DNA of 64,000 nt from Candidatus Doudnabacteria bacterium (GCA_016218585.1 JACRDK010000031.1:65764-129763), one strand, 5' to 3'. Positions 17,408-27,210 are shown, numbered from the stretch's first letter. Notes: generated from the sequence alone by a model not told the origin. Numbers and translations are program-made.

Positions 17408-17830
17408 ATGACAATAAATCCTTGGGTTAATTTTAACGGCAATGCCGAAGAAGCTTTTACTTTTTACAAGTCTGTCTTTGGCGGAGACTTTGCCAAAGTC
17501 GTGCGTTTTAAAGACCTTGCAAGCCCCGAATATCCCGTGGCGGAAAAAGATCAAAATAAAATAATGTTAATTACTTTGCCAATTGGCAAAAGTAATACGC
17601 TAATGGCCAATGACGTTCCGGAAATTATGGGACAAGTAAATGAAAATGAAAACAGAAGCAAAATTGCCATAGCCGCGGACAGCAAAGAAGAAGCGGAAAA
17701 ATTATTTAACGGCCTTTCCGCCGGCGGACAAATAGAAGTACCAATGAGCGACGGTCCCTGGGGCTCGTATTTTGGCATGCTTCGGGACAAATACGGCATT
17801 GAATGGATAATTGAATTTTACTCCAAATAA
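17408..17830 (+). CDS. VOC family (PhnB-like) protein
   Basis: FNGNAEEAFTFYKSVFGG...WGSYFGMLRDKYGIEW. Confidence 0.9.
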   Translation: MTINPWVNFNGNAEEAFTFYKSVFGGDFAKVVRFKDLASPEYPVAEKDQNKIMLITLPIGKSNTLMANDVPEIMGQVNENENRSKIAIAADSKEEAEKLFNGLSAGGQIEVPMSDGPWGSYFGMLRDKYGIEWIIEFYSK

Positions 17831-17901
17831 TATCTTTATTGTACAAAGCCCCGGAACTCGTTTGAGTCCCGGGGCCTTTGCGATTTTTGAGGAGCCGTTA
17901 T

Positions 17902-18156
17902 TTAGGGCTTCCTCAGGAAATAGAGATTCAGCGGTACCATGCGGCCGAAAAGAAACCCGGCCTGCTGGTAATGATGGACTTCACCGTGGCTCTTTAGCAC
18001 GTGGTGGAGTTCCAGCACGGTCCGATCTTCGCCGGATCGCGTGGCCACCAGGTACCAACCGCTGTTTTCGTGCTGCTCGATGTAGTCGAGCGTATCATCG
18101 ACCGGGACGACCCGGCCGAAGACTTCATCAGTGCTGTTGCGTCTGATTGCTGTCAT
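17902..18156 (-). CDS. hypothetical protein (GC-rich, SD-led)
   Basis: 84-aa ORF with SD AGGAG, immediately downstream of 18166-18555. Confidence 0.5.
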   Translation of the reverse strand: MTAIRRNSTDEVFGRVVPVDDTLDYIEQHENSGWYLVATRSGEDRTVLELHHVLKSHGEVHHYQQAGFLFGRMVPLNLYFLRKP

Positions 18157-18165
18157 CGTTTTCTC

Positions 18166-18555
18166 CTATAACACATCCATGGGCGGTGGCGAACTTACCA
18201 CATTCAGACCATACCGCCGTGCAACCATCTTGGCTACCAGAGGGTTTACAGCGAAAACCAAAGCGGTTCCGACAATAAACCCGACTGCTTCCAAGGCGGC
18301 AAAAATGAACCCACCGTCCGGGCCGTCTGAAGCAAAGCCGACAAGGCCTGACAGGCCCAGCAAGGCAAAGCTGCCCAGACTGCCGAAAAAGTACAGGCAT
18401 ACAAACCACACCCAGCTCCTGGTGGACGATTGCCTCCTGTCCATGACTGAACAGGTTGCTTTGGCATGCCGGGCTTCGCCGATATTGCTAATAATGACCG
18501 CGATGGCCACCGAAAGCAGTACGAAACCTAAAACTATCAATACTTCCTTAAGCAT
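18166..18555 (-). CDS. hypothetical membrane protein (GC-rich, SD-led)
   Basis: 3 TM; SD GGAGG. Confidence 0.6.
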   Translation of the reverse strand: MLKEVLIVLGFVLLSVAIAVIISNIGEARHAKATCSVMDRRQSSTRSWVWFVCLYFFGSLGSFALLGLSGLVGFASDGPDGGFIFAALEAVGFIVGTALVFAVNPLVAKMVARRYGLNVVSSPPPMDVL

Positions 18556-18711
18556 ACATCCTCCAATTTTGAAATATCTACCCTTCCAAATTCACCTTTC
18601 GACAGGCTCAAGACCTGTGGCAAAATTAGATGAACTTAGAAGGATGAAGCAAGTGGCGCGAATACTTGCTTCAAGTTTAGTGTATGGCCTTCGCGCGGCC
18701 AAGTTGCGGTT

Positions 18712-20559
18712 TTACTTCTTCGGCTGGCGGATCTTCTTGCCGAGTTCCCGAAGCTGCTCGGGGCTCATCTGCTTAATCTCTTCCGTCACCGTTCTTGCTT
18801 CGTTTTGCGCTTCTTCCTTGTCCCGGCGCTGGGTCGAGCGTTCGGTCACCTCGGTCTGGGCCTTAGTGACTTCCAGCGGAAGCGATAGATTGTCGAAGTT
18901 ATGCATCGGGACGATATCTTCGCCGGAGGCGAAGTATTCGATCTTGACCTTGTCGCCCGGCTCCGTTACCGGGAGTTTGTGGAAGTCGGCGCTGCCGCCA
19001 GTGAACAGATGCGGAACGCCTTTCAAATGCACGTAGTACACGGCGCCCGTAGTCAGCAGATCCGGCTTTACCCGGTCCACTGTTCCCTCGATGGTTTGCA
19101 AATCGCGCGTCTTGTCGAGCGCCACTTGTTGGCCGAACTGGGAGAGTAGTTTTTGATAAGCGCGGAGTGCTTCGAACTGGTTGCGGCCAGTCGCGACGGT
19201 CTGGATATTGGTGATATCCACAATCGCGACGCCCTGGTAAGCGTGATTCTCTGAGAGCAACGGAACGACCGATGACATAATGCCGTAGACGTTGTAGAGT
19301 TGCGGGTCGACGCCATGGAGCTTCTTGTACTGGACATCCTGGTTCTTGCTAATCGCGTCTAGCACCGCCTGGTCCGTCCCGCCGCCTTTGGTCTTATACA
19401 ACACCGTCTTCCCAGTCCGGGAGTTAGTGTAGACGAGAGATACGAGCGAGTCGTCCTTGTCATTGCGCGAGGTCAGGCCGGTCACCCAGTCGGGTTGCTG
19501 GTCGGAAGCATAAATCAGGTTGGGGTCTTCGGGTTTGGTAAGGTCTTTCGTACCCCACCAGCTGTTGAGCCAACCGTGCGTGTATTCGCCCCACCAGTCG
19601 AGGTAATTCTTGACGTAATTGGACGGAATAGCGCGGTCGATCCAGTCGGGAATTTCTCCCATCCTTTTGAAATTGATGTCGCCGGAAACTGGATCCACGA
19701 TGGCCACGCCCGTGACCTTTTTACCGCTCCACATGATGGTCGGTTCAAAAGTCGAAACTACCCACCACGGCCGCTGGTTATCGTCGATCTCAAACTGGTA
19801 TTCGGCCAGACCCTTGCCCAGGTACCCGTTATTGCGCAGATGCCGTTCCAAGTTGTTCCCGAAGCAGGCTTCGGGCATGTAACGGAACTGTTGGTCGGAG
19901 AGCAGGATCTTGAGAATAGGTTGCCGATGCGGATCTTCGCCGTGGACCATGATGTAACCGGGTGTCGCCTTGGTGTTGAGCCAGACCGAGAAGCCGGAAA
20001 AATCCAGCGGCGCCACATACCACAGTTCTCCGTTGATCATCTGCAAAGTCATGTGATCCTCGGAAATGACGAACTGGCTGCCGATCGCGCCCGCTTCGCC
20101 GAGGGCTTTCTTAGCCAGGTAGATGGCGTTCTCCCGGGTGGACATGCGCATGTGCTTGGGGTCCTTGGGTTGGACGTCTTGGGTCCACACCCTGGTTTCC
20201 AGAGATCCGATCATATGCTGGTATTCGTCGGCGCGGAACAGGCCGCTTCCCAGAATGAAGCTACCGATATACAACACGGCAGCCCCGATCGGGAAAATCG
20301 CGGCTTTGGTGATATGGGTATCGTAGTCGTCTTCGATGAACGCGTCGATGACGGCGGCGATGATCCAGCAGATGAATATAAACACGCCAGGCACGCCGAA
20401 CAGCGGCCAGACAGTCGAAGGGGTAGCGAGGTAGAAGACAAGCCAAAGAACAATGGCCGAAATCGACCCCTGCCAAACGGCAGCCGTAATCTTCCTTCCC
20501 ATTAGGAGCGGGACGGTTCCGATTGCGGCGCAAATCAACGCTGCAAGAAAGTAAAACAC
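18712..20559 (-). CDS. conserved hypothetical membrane-anchored protein with large extracytoplasmic domain
   Basis: 4 N-terminal TM then LWYVAPLDF, YQFEIDDNQRPWWV, IPDWIDRAIP; GTG start with SD AAGGAGG; TTGACA at 20672-20667. Confidence 0.8.
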   Translation of the reverse strand: MFYFLAALICAAIGTVPLLMGRKITAAVWQGSISAIVLWLVFYLATPSTVWPLFGVPGVFIFICWIIAAVIDAFIEDDYDTHITKAAIFPIGAAVLYIGSFILGSGLFRADEYQHMIGSLETRVWTQDVQPKDPKHMRMSTRENAIYLAKKALGEAGAIGSQFVISEDHMTLQMINGELWYVAPLDFSGFSVWLNTKATPGYIMVHGEDPHRQPILKILLSDQQFRYMPEACFGNNLERHLRNNGYLGKGLAEYQFEIDDNQRPWWVVSTFEPTIMWSGKKVTGVAIVDPVSGDINFKRMGEIPDWIDRAIPSNYVKNYLDWWGEYTHGWLNSWWGTKDLTKPEDPNLIYASDQQPDWVTGLTSRNDKDDSLVSLVYTNSRTGKTVLYKTKGGGTDQAVLDAISKNQDVQYKKLHGVDPQLYNVYGIMSSVVPLLSENHAYQGVAIVDITNIQTVATGRNQFEALRAYQKLLSQFGQQVALDKTRDLQTIEGTVDRVKPDLLTTGAVYYVHLKGVPHLFTGGSADFHKLPVTEPGDKVKIEYFASGEDIVPMHNFDNLSLPLEVTKAQTEVTERSTQRRDKEEAQNEARTVTEEIKQMSPEQLRELGKKIRQPKK

Positions 20560-20936
20560 TTGAGGCCTCCTTTGCCTTGTGTGAGAGCGAGATTAGTTTC
20601 GGAGCAGCCGAAACCGCCGTACCTTGGGAGATACGAACATATTATAATGGCATAAATTGGCTTGTTTGTCAAGATTTTTAGCCATCACAAAAACCCTTTA
20701 TTTTAGGGGGTAAAATTCAAAAAAAAGACACGAAGACAGACTATTAAGGACTGTTTCATTTCTCATTTTAGTACCAGTAACCCGTACCATGTAATACCCG
20801 TCACAGAGCCACGCAAGATTGCCCGAAAAGGGGTGACCGGAACCATACCACGGAGCCTTTAAAAACCACCACTATTTATTGGTGGTTTTTAAAGGAAAAT
20901 AGGAGCTTGAATCTGTTTGATGGTATAATTATATTT

Positions 20937-22001
20937 ATGAAAAAATTTCTTATTACATTTTCAATTGTAGTAGCGGCTGTATTTTTTAGTTACAGCGGTT
21001 TAGCGCAGGCCAAAGACCTTTGCGGCGGGACCGGCGGCAATGGAGAAATTATTAGCTTGGAGAATAACGGCTTCACACTTAAACTTAATGGGGGTGGAAA
21101 TAAAAAACAAAATGAAGGCGATGACCTGATTGTTAGTCTTGCCAATGGAGCAACAATAGAAACTCAAGCCGGTGTTATGCCTTTATCCGCTTTAAAAATT
21201 GGAGACAGAGTAACACTCGTTGGGGATTCACATCGCAATGGCACATTTACCGCGCAAGCTGTCGTGCTCTGCGACAAAACCGGAGAAACAGGAACAAAAG
21301 TAAATGAAGCGGGCGGCGTATTGCCCGTTACCGTGCGAAATCAAGAAGGGAATTATAATATAGTAAGCCGCATAATAAACATAACAACAATAATTATTGT
21401 TGGTTTAATTTGGCTTGCTGCGGTTGCGTTTATTTTACTAAAGAAAAGAAAAGGTCTGGTCTACGCGCTCTTCTTCACCATTTTCTACATTTATTTATAT
21501 AAAGTTATAGACTATACCCTGTTGCAATTTCAATCCCTGCTTTTATTGCAACATTTTGTGCCGGGCTTAATGCTTCGAGGGGTGGAAGCGGGAAGAAATT
21601 TAAATTTGCTGCCGCTGGTCACGCTCACTCCGGAAGACATAAAAACCTCAGCCTTAAATATTTTAATGATGGTGCCATTTGGCTTTGGGCTGCCGTTTAT
21701 TACAAATTACCGTATGAAAAAAGTGGTTATGGCCGGATTATTTTTAAGTATTGTAATTGAATTTTTACAGTTCGTAACAGGATTTATGGCCAACGCAACT
21801 TTCCGAGTAGCCGATATTAATGATTTAATATTTAATACGCTTGGCGTTGCAATTGGCTATTTGCTATTTAAAATATTTATTCGCATATACTGCCGCATAT
21901 ACAACAATTGGAAAACAAAATCCAGCTCCCCTCCCGGCAACTCAAACCGGACAACTGGCATTGCGTCTATCTTGCAATATATTGCCGACCGGTCTAAGTA
22001 A
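20937..22001 (+). CDS. VanZ-family protein with N-terminal exported OB-like domain
   Basis: Signal peptide; ALKIGDRVTLVG; NILMMVPFGF, IEFLQF, RVADINDLIFNTLG. Confidence 0.8.
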   Translation: MKKFLITFSIVVAAVFFSYSGLAQAKDLCGGTGGNGEIISLENNGFTLKLNGGGNKKQNEGDDLIVSLANGATIETQAGVMPLSALKIGDRVTLVGDSHRNGTFTAQAVVLCDKTGETGTKVNEAGGVLPVTVRNQEGNYNIVSRIINITTIIIVGLIWLAAVAFILLKKRKGLVYALFFTIFYIYLYKVIDYTLLQFQSLLLLQHFVPGLMLRGVEAGRNLNLLPLVTLTPEDIKTSALNILMMVPFGFGLPFITNYRMKKVVMAGLFLSIVIEFLQFVTGFMANATFRVADINDLIFNTLGVAIGYLLFKIFIRIYCRIYNNWKTKSSSPPGNSNRTTGIASILQYIADRSK

Positions 22002-22062
22002 AGACGGGCAAGCGCAGCCTCAGCCAAATATAAATTTAAGGCCGCCAAATTTAAAACCGGCC

Positions 22063-22266
22063 TTATTTTTTATACTCCAAAATATCCCCGGGCTGGCAGT
22101 CTAGGGCTTTGCAAATTGCCGCCAGGGTTGAAAGCCGAATTGCTTTTGCCTTGCCGTTTTTTAATATGGAAATGTTGGCCATTGTAATCCCGACCTTATC
22201 CGTAAGCTCGGTTACGCTCATTTTTCTTTTTGCCAGCATTACGTCTATGTTTATTATTATTGCCAT
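22063..22266 (-). CDS. Cro/C1-type HTH regulator (YozG-like)
   Basis: IDVMLAKRKMSVTEL...ITMANISILKNGKAKAIRLSTL..IC.ALDCQPGDILEY. Confidence 0.9.
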   Translation of the reverse strand: MAIIINIDVMLAKRKMSVTELTDKVGITMANISILKNGKAKAIRLSTLAAICKALDCQPGDILEYKK

Positions 22267-22270
22267 AAAA

Positions 22271-22753
22271 TTAAATAGTTAAATCGTTTTCCGACTTCAT
22301 TTCCACGGCTGTCTGCAAAAGCTTTTCAAAAACGCCGGCGGCAGTGGCGATTACAATAAAAATAAAAGTGGCTACAACACATATGGCAACAAAACCCGCA
22401 GGATCGTCATCTTTAGCATGAAATATCCTTATATATGCCGCTGCCGTAACAATCAAAACGCCCTGTATAATCGCGCAGTACTTTATAGTCCGCAATGCCT
22501 TTACCGAATTTTGTGAAAATATTTTATTTTCTCCGGCAAGGCCAAGCAGTTTGAACGTTTTATACAAAACGGCAAAAAATGGCAATGAGGCAATATATAC
22601 ATACGCCAAAAACGGGTCTTTAAAATAAATTTCAAATAAGGTAGCGTGCGCGTTTCTGCCCTCTAAATGGGGCTCCCAAAGCAAAAAAGCTAAAACTCCC
22701 ATCCCTATTAACACTATTATTACCCGTAAAAATATAGTCGAGGTTTTATTCAT
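22271..22753 (-). CDS. DUF2975 membrane protein
   Basis: FSQNSVKALRTIKYCA, DDPAG, AVEMKSENDLTI; coupled to the HTH gene. Confidence 0.85.
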   Translation of the reverse strand: MNKTSTIFLRVIIVLIGMGVLAFLLWEPHLEGRNAHATLFEIYFKDPFLAYVYIASLPFFAVLYKTFKLLGLAGENKIFSQNSVKALRTIKYCAIIQGVLIVTAAAYIRIFHAKDDDPAGFVAICVVATFIFIVIATAAGVFEKLLQTAVEMKSENDLTI

Positions 22754-22966
22754 ATAATTATTGTTACTAATTCAATACTATTAGCTTAATATATCATTTA
22801 TTGTTTGTCAATATATTTTTATTGTTATATTTTATACTGCTTTCCCCCATTTTATCTACTTTATAAAAATGTTTTCCATAGTTAACCGGAAACTTGCCCA
22901 ATGAAAATTAGCAATGCCAAATATTTTTTGATATAGTTAGCATACAAATTATTAATACAAAAATTT

Positions 22967-23566
22967 ATGAGAAAAATAATTGTTTTGTCTTTTATAACGT
23001 TAGACGGGATAATGCAGGCTCCGGGCGGGCCCGAGGAAGATACTTCCGGCGGTTTTAAATATGGCGGCTGGACTGCTCCATACTTTGACGAGTTCTCCGG
23101 CAAAATTATGGGAGAACAAATGAAGCAGCCGTTTAATTTATTATTAGGCAGAAAAACTTTTGAAATCTTTGCCTCTTACTGGCCGCAGCACGCGGATGTC
23201 TGGCCGGGCATAAACGAATCTGTAAAATATGTTGTTTCCAATACCCTTTCCGAACATGCCTGGGAAAATTCCATTTTTATAAAGGGCGATGTGGTTGAGG
23301 AATTAAAAAAACTTAAAAACCAAGACGGGCCGCACCTATACGTGCACGGCAGCGGCAATCTTATTCAAACGCTTTTAAAAAATGACTTGGTAGATGAATT
23401 ATGGCTAAAAACTTTTCCCATTACACTGGGAAGCGGCAAGCGCCTGTTTGCCGAAGGAACAATTCCGGCGGCCTTTAAGCTAACCGACCATAAAGTTTCC
23501 CCGAGCGGAGTAATTTTTGCCAATTACCAACGCAGCGGTGAAGTTAAAACCGGCACGGTTGGATAA
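22967..23566 (+). CDS. dihydrofolate reductase/RibD C-terminal family protein
   Basis: FITLDGIMQAPGGP, LLLGRKTFE, HGSGNLIQTLL, LGSGKRLF. Confidence 0.9.
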   Translation: MRKIIVLSFITLDGIMQAPGGPEEDTSGGFKYGGWTAPYFDEFSGKIMGEQMKQPFNLLLGRKTFEIFASYWPQHADVWPGINESVKYVVSNTLSEHAWENSIFIKGDVVEELKKLKNQDGPHLYVHGSGNLIQTLLKNDLVDELWLKTFPITLGSGKRLFAEGTIPAAFKLTDHKVSPSGVIFANYQRSGEVKTGTVG

Positions 23567-23730
23567 TTGCCGATTTCAAGCCTTTAATGCTAAAATAAAC
23601 TAAATTGGATATCGCTTCCTGTCTTGCCCTTGAGACGCCAAAAGGAAGCCCGATTGCAAAACAAGGGCCCCAAATTATCCAAATTAAAAGGTCGAATGGA
23701 TAATCTTATTCACTATTTTAATTCTATTTT

Positions 23731-23919
23731 ATGGATCAAAACAAAGAAGACAAGCTTACTCTTACAGCGGATGAAAGATACTGGCTGGAGAGAAAAGCTC
23801 CAAGACAAAGATGGGATGAATGGGGCTCCCCTGTCGGATTATCCTTAGGTTGGGCTATCTTTATAGTCTCAACCGGACTCTTTCTCTATCTCTTGCGCTT
23901 AGCAGGCTTTCTCCACTAA
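23731..23919 (+). CDS. small membrane protein
   Basis: 62 aa with C-terminal TM, followed by a terminator. Confidence 0.55.
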   Translation: MDQNKEDKLTLTADERYWLERKAPRQRWDEWGSPVGLSLGWAIFIVSTGLFLYLLRLAGFLH

Positions 23920-23997
23920 AGCCGAATGCAAGAAAAAACCGTTCCAATTATATTGGGACGGTTTTTGTTTATACAATAAACTCTCGCCTAGTCCCTA

Positions 23998-24044
23998 TTG
24001 ACTAAACTGTTATAATAATATATTATTCAACTATATGGTTGAAT
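23998..24044 (+). promoter_or_regulatory. promoter and palindromic operator of the ArsR-like regulator
   Basis: TTGACT-17-TATTAT overlapping attcaac-tatatg-gttgaat (24025-24044). Confidence 0.7.
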
Positions 24045-24075
24045 GTAGTATATTAAATTAAAAACCATACTTAAT

Positions 24076-24414
24076 ATGCAATTAACAATTTCACGCAACT
24101 CCAGCTTAGACGCAATATTTAGTTCCCTGGCCGACGAAACCAGGCGGGACATTTTAAACAGAGTTTCCAAAAAACAGCTAAGCGTGGGCGAAATTGCCAA
24201 ACATTATAAACTTACCTTTGCGGCTATTTCCAAACATTTAAAAGTTCTGGAAAAAGCCAGCCTAATAATTAAGCAGCGGCGCGGCAAAGAACAAATTATT
24301 AGAATCTCCCCCGACGCATTGGCAATGGCGAATAAATACTTAGAAACTTATGAGCAGCATTGGGAAAACAGGCTTAATAACTTGGACAAACTTTTAACCG
24401 GCAAAAAATCTTAA
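24076..24414 (+). CDS. ArsR/SmtB family regulator
   Basis: FSSLADETRRDIL...AISKHLKVLEKASLI. Confidence 0.9.
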   Translation: MQLTISRNSSLDAIFSSLADETRRDILNRVSKKQLSVGEIAKHYKLTFAAISKHLKVLEKASLIIKQRRGKEQIIRISPDALAMANKYLETYEQHWENRLNNLDKLLTGKKS

Positions 24415-24425
24415 CAAAAAAATTT

Positions 24426-24683
24426 ATGACAAACAAAGTTTCCTCCGGCACGGTCCACAAACTGCCCGAAGATTTAAAAAAAACCTTACTTTCCAACCCA
24501 AAAGTTTTAGCTCTGTGGGAAGACATTACCCCGCTCGCGCGCAATGAATGGATCTGCTGGGTAACATCCGGCAAAAAGGAAGAAACCCGGGGGATAAGAA
24601 TAGAAAAAGCCCTTTCTAAACTGAAAAGCGGCATGCGCCGCCCCTGCTGCTGGGCAGGCTGCCTTCATAGGCAAAAATCCTAA
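24426..24683 (+). CDS. YdeI/OmpD-associated family protein
   Basis: LPEDLKK...ITPLARNEWICWV..KK.ETR..RRPCCWAGC. Confidence 0.85.
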   Translation: MTNKVSSGTVHKLPEDLKKTLLSNPKVLALWEDITPLARNEWICWVTSGKKEETRGIRIEKALSKLKSGMRRPCCWAGCLHRQKS

Positions 24684-24738
24684 GCTCGAATATCTAAATC
24701 CTAAACAAATTTTTAAATATTAAATTCAAATAATTAAA

Positions 24739-24900
24739 ATGGGTAAGGTCAAAATTTTATTTTCAATTTTAGCAATACTATTTGGGATATTTATATTTGT
24801 CTATGGTGGGTATGACGACAGCCCCGGCGCGCAATTGCTGGGAGTAATCGCGGTTATTAGCGGAATTGTGGGCATCATAAGAACAAGAAAAAATAATTAA
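24739..24900 (+). CDS. small 2-TM protein (53 aa, below the ORF-track cutoff)
   Basis: Manual translation MGKVKILFSILAILFGIFIFVYGGYDDSPGAQLLGVIAVISGIVGIIRTRKNN. Confidence 0.65.
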   Translation: MGKVKILFSILAILFGIFIFVYGGYDDSPGAQLLGVIAVISGIVGIIRTRKNN

Positions 24901-24951
24901 CATCCGTAAAAAACGGATTTATTAGCCTAGGCCGGCTAAAAAGGAAAAAAT

Positions 24952-25434
24952 ATGGAACCAATTAAACAAGTAACTTTAGAAAAAACATATGACGCTTCGC
25001 CGGAAACAGTTTGGCAAGCCTGGACCAAACCTGAAATGTTAAAACAATGGTGGGGTCCGGACAATGTTACTATCCCCCAGTGCGAAGTTGACCTTAAGGT
25101 TGGCGGAAAATTTTATATTGTTATGGAGGCCGGGGAAGGAATGGGTCCGTACAAAGGAACCCTCTGGCCAATGGAAGCCCAGTTTACTGTTGTTGAGCCT
25201 AATGCCAAACTCAGCTATACCGCGCAGGCCTGGACCGAAGGCCACAAAGAAGAAACTACCATAGAACAAACCACGGAAATTACTTTTACCGAGGAAGCAA
25301 ACAAAACCAAAGTCAAAGTTATTGCCGCTATTTATAAAGCAGGCCCGGGCGCAAAAATGGCCGCGGAAGGAATGCAGTACGGCTTTACCCAGCAGTTGGA
25401 AAAACTTATCGCTTTCTTGGCCGGGAAAAAATAG
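24952..25434 (+). CDS. SRPBCC/AHSA1 domain protein
   Basis: YDASPETVWQAWTKPEMLKQWWGP..DLKVGG. Confidence 0.9.
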   Translation: MEPIKQVTLEKTYDASPETVWQAWTKPEMLKQWWGPDNVTIPQCEVDLKVGGKFYIVMEAGEGMGPYKGTLWPMEAQFTVVEPNAKLSYTAQAWTEGHKEETTIEQTTEITFTEEANKTKVKVIAAIYKAGPGAKMAAEGMQYGFTQQLEKLIAFLAGKK

Positions 25435-25513
25435 AAAATTTTTTGTTGGCAGACTCGCATAAATTTGTTAAGATAAATCTCCAAGAATAATAACTAATAT
25501 AGGAGACCAATTT

Positions 25514-25990
25514 ATGACTAACAAAGAATTCTTCCTTAAACTAATAAAAGAAGAGGCTCCAAAATTCCGAGTCGCCATAGACGCCTTGCCGGAAGACAAG
25601 CATACGCACAAAGTCCACGATAAATCCCGCGAAGCCGGAAACATTGCCGCCCAGCTTGCTTTGCAATGGAAAGCCATTTCCGGTATTTTAAAAAACGGCG
25701 CGCCGGATTTTAACCCCCACGAAATGGGTCCGCAAAGCAAAGCCGATATGCTCGCCAAGTTCGACGCAGGCATGGCGGAATTGCAAAAAGATGTTGCCGC
25801 GGTTTCCGAAGAAGATTGGGACAATGGCGATGCCAGCATGGGTGAAATGTGGAAAGACAAAAAGTATAATATGGCCTGGGGTTTTTTGTTTGACGCCATT
25901 CACCACCGCGGACAATTAGCTACTTACCTTCGAGCAATGGGAGCTAAAGTGCCTTCTATTTACGGCCCGACCGCCGACACCGAAAGCTAA
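25514..25990 (+). CDS. DinB family protein
   Basis: IHHRGQLATYLRAMGAKVPSIYGP. Confidence 0.9.
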   Translation: MTNKEFFLKLIKEEAPKFRVAIDALPEDKHTHKVHDKSREAGNIAAQLALQWKAISGILKNGAPDFNPHEMGPQSKADMLAKFDAGMAELQKDVAAVSEEDWDNGDASMGEMWKDKKYNMAWGFLFDAIHHRGQLATYLRAMGAKVPSIYGPTADTES

Positions 25991-26100
25991 TAGTAATATT
26001 ATAGAGTAAAACCGCCAGCGAAAGTTGGCGGTTTTTGATATAATACTATATAGGCATATGTTTTAGCGCTTAGCTAATTGCATTCAACAAATAAGAACAA

Positions 26101-27201
26101 ATGGAAAAACAGATTACTTTAGAAGAATTAGGTTACAATGAATTTTTTGAATCCAACCGAAAAAAACTTGGTTGGGAAGTTTTTTCCGTTGCCCGCGTTA
26201 CTTCCGAACATCGCGGCGCTTATAAAGTTAAAGACACCGAGGGAGAATATTTAGCAAAAATTACGGGAAAACAAATGTTTAATGCCGCTTCGCGGCAAGA
26301 CTTCCCTGCCGTCGGCGACTGGGTGGCCATAACAAAACAGGATGAAAAACAGGCTGTTATTCAGGGCATTCTGCCCCGGGCTACCATAATCCAAAGAAAG
26401 CACGGCGACAAAAATAAAACCGGCGGCAAAGATGAAACCCAAATTATCGCCACTAATGTTGACGTGGCTTTTATAGTGGAATCGGTTAACCGGGACTTTA
26501 GCTTAAACCGGTTTGACCGGTACTTTGCCATTGCCCAGGCTGGCAAAGTAAAACCTGCAATTATTTTAAACAAAATAGATTTAATTCCCCAACCGGAGCT
26601 GGAGGAAAAACTAAACCAGCTAAGGCTGCGCTTTCCTGAATCAACAATTATTTCAACCAGTACCACCAGCCAGCAGGGCTTAGCTGAACTTAGAAACCAC
26701 ATTGAAAAAAACAAAACTTATTGTTTTTTGGGTTCTTCGGGAGTTGGCAAATCTTCTTTAATTAATTTGCTGCTCGGGCGGGAGGTTACGGAGACTAAGG
26801 ACATTAGTTCTTATTCAGACCGCGGCAAACACACCACTACGGTAAGGCAAATGTATTTTTTGCCGACTGGTATTGTTATAGACAACCCAGGCATGCGCGA
26901 AGTTGGCTCGGCAGACGCGGACGAAGGCCTGGATGACTTATTCGAAGAAATAAACATTCTCGCCGCGCAGTGCAAATACGCGGACTGCACGCATACTCAC
27001 GAACCCGATTGCGCTATTTTAAATGCCATACAATCCGGCGAACTTGATAAAGAAAAATACGATAATTATTTAAGCTTGAAAAAAGAAGCTCAGTTTTATA
27101 AAAAAACCAGCTACGAAAAAAAGCAAAAAGACCGAAACTTCGGCAAATACTTAAAAAAAGCAAAAAAAGACCTAAAAAAATTTGGGCATAAAGATTATTA
27201 A
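26101..27201 (+). CDS. rsgA: small ribosomal subunit-dependent GTPase A
   Basis: AVGDWV, NKID, GSSGVGKSS, GKHTT, DNPG, CKYADCTHTHEPDCA. Confidence 0.93.
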   Translation: MEKQITLEELGYNEFFESNRKKLGWEVFSVARVTSEHRGAYKVKDTEGEYLAKITGKQMFNAASRQDFPAVGDWVAITKQDEKQAVIQGILPRATIIQRKHGDKNKTGGKDETQIIATNVDVAFIVESVNRDFSLNRFDRYFAIAQAGKVKPAIILNKIDLIPQPELEEKLNQLRLRFPESTIISTSTTSQQGLAELRNHIEKNKTYCFLGSSGVGKSSLINLLLGREVTETKDISSYSDRGKHTTTVRQMYFLPTGIVIDNPGMREVGSADADEGLDDLFEEINILAAQCKYADCTHTHEPDCAILNAIQSGELDKEKYDNYLSLKKEAQFYKKTSYEKKQKDRNFGKYLKKAKKDLKKFGHKDY

Positions 27202-27210
27202 ATAAAAAAA

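Noticed and set aside
18131-20505. Long + strand ORFs 18131-19036 and 19495-20505
   Set aside because: Antisense shadows of SD-led minus-strand genes; no motifs
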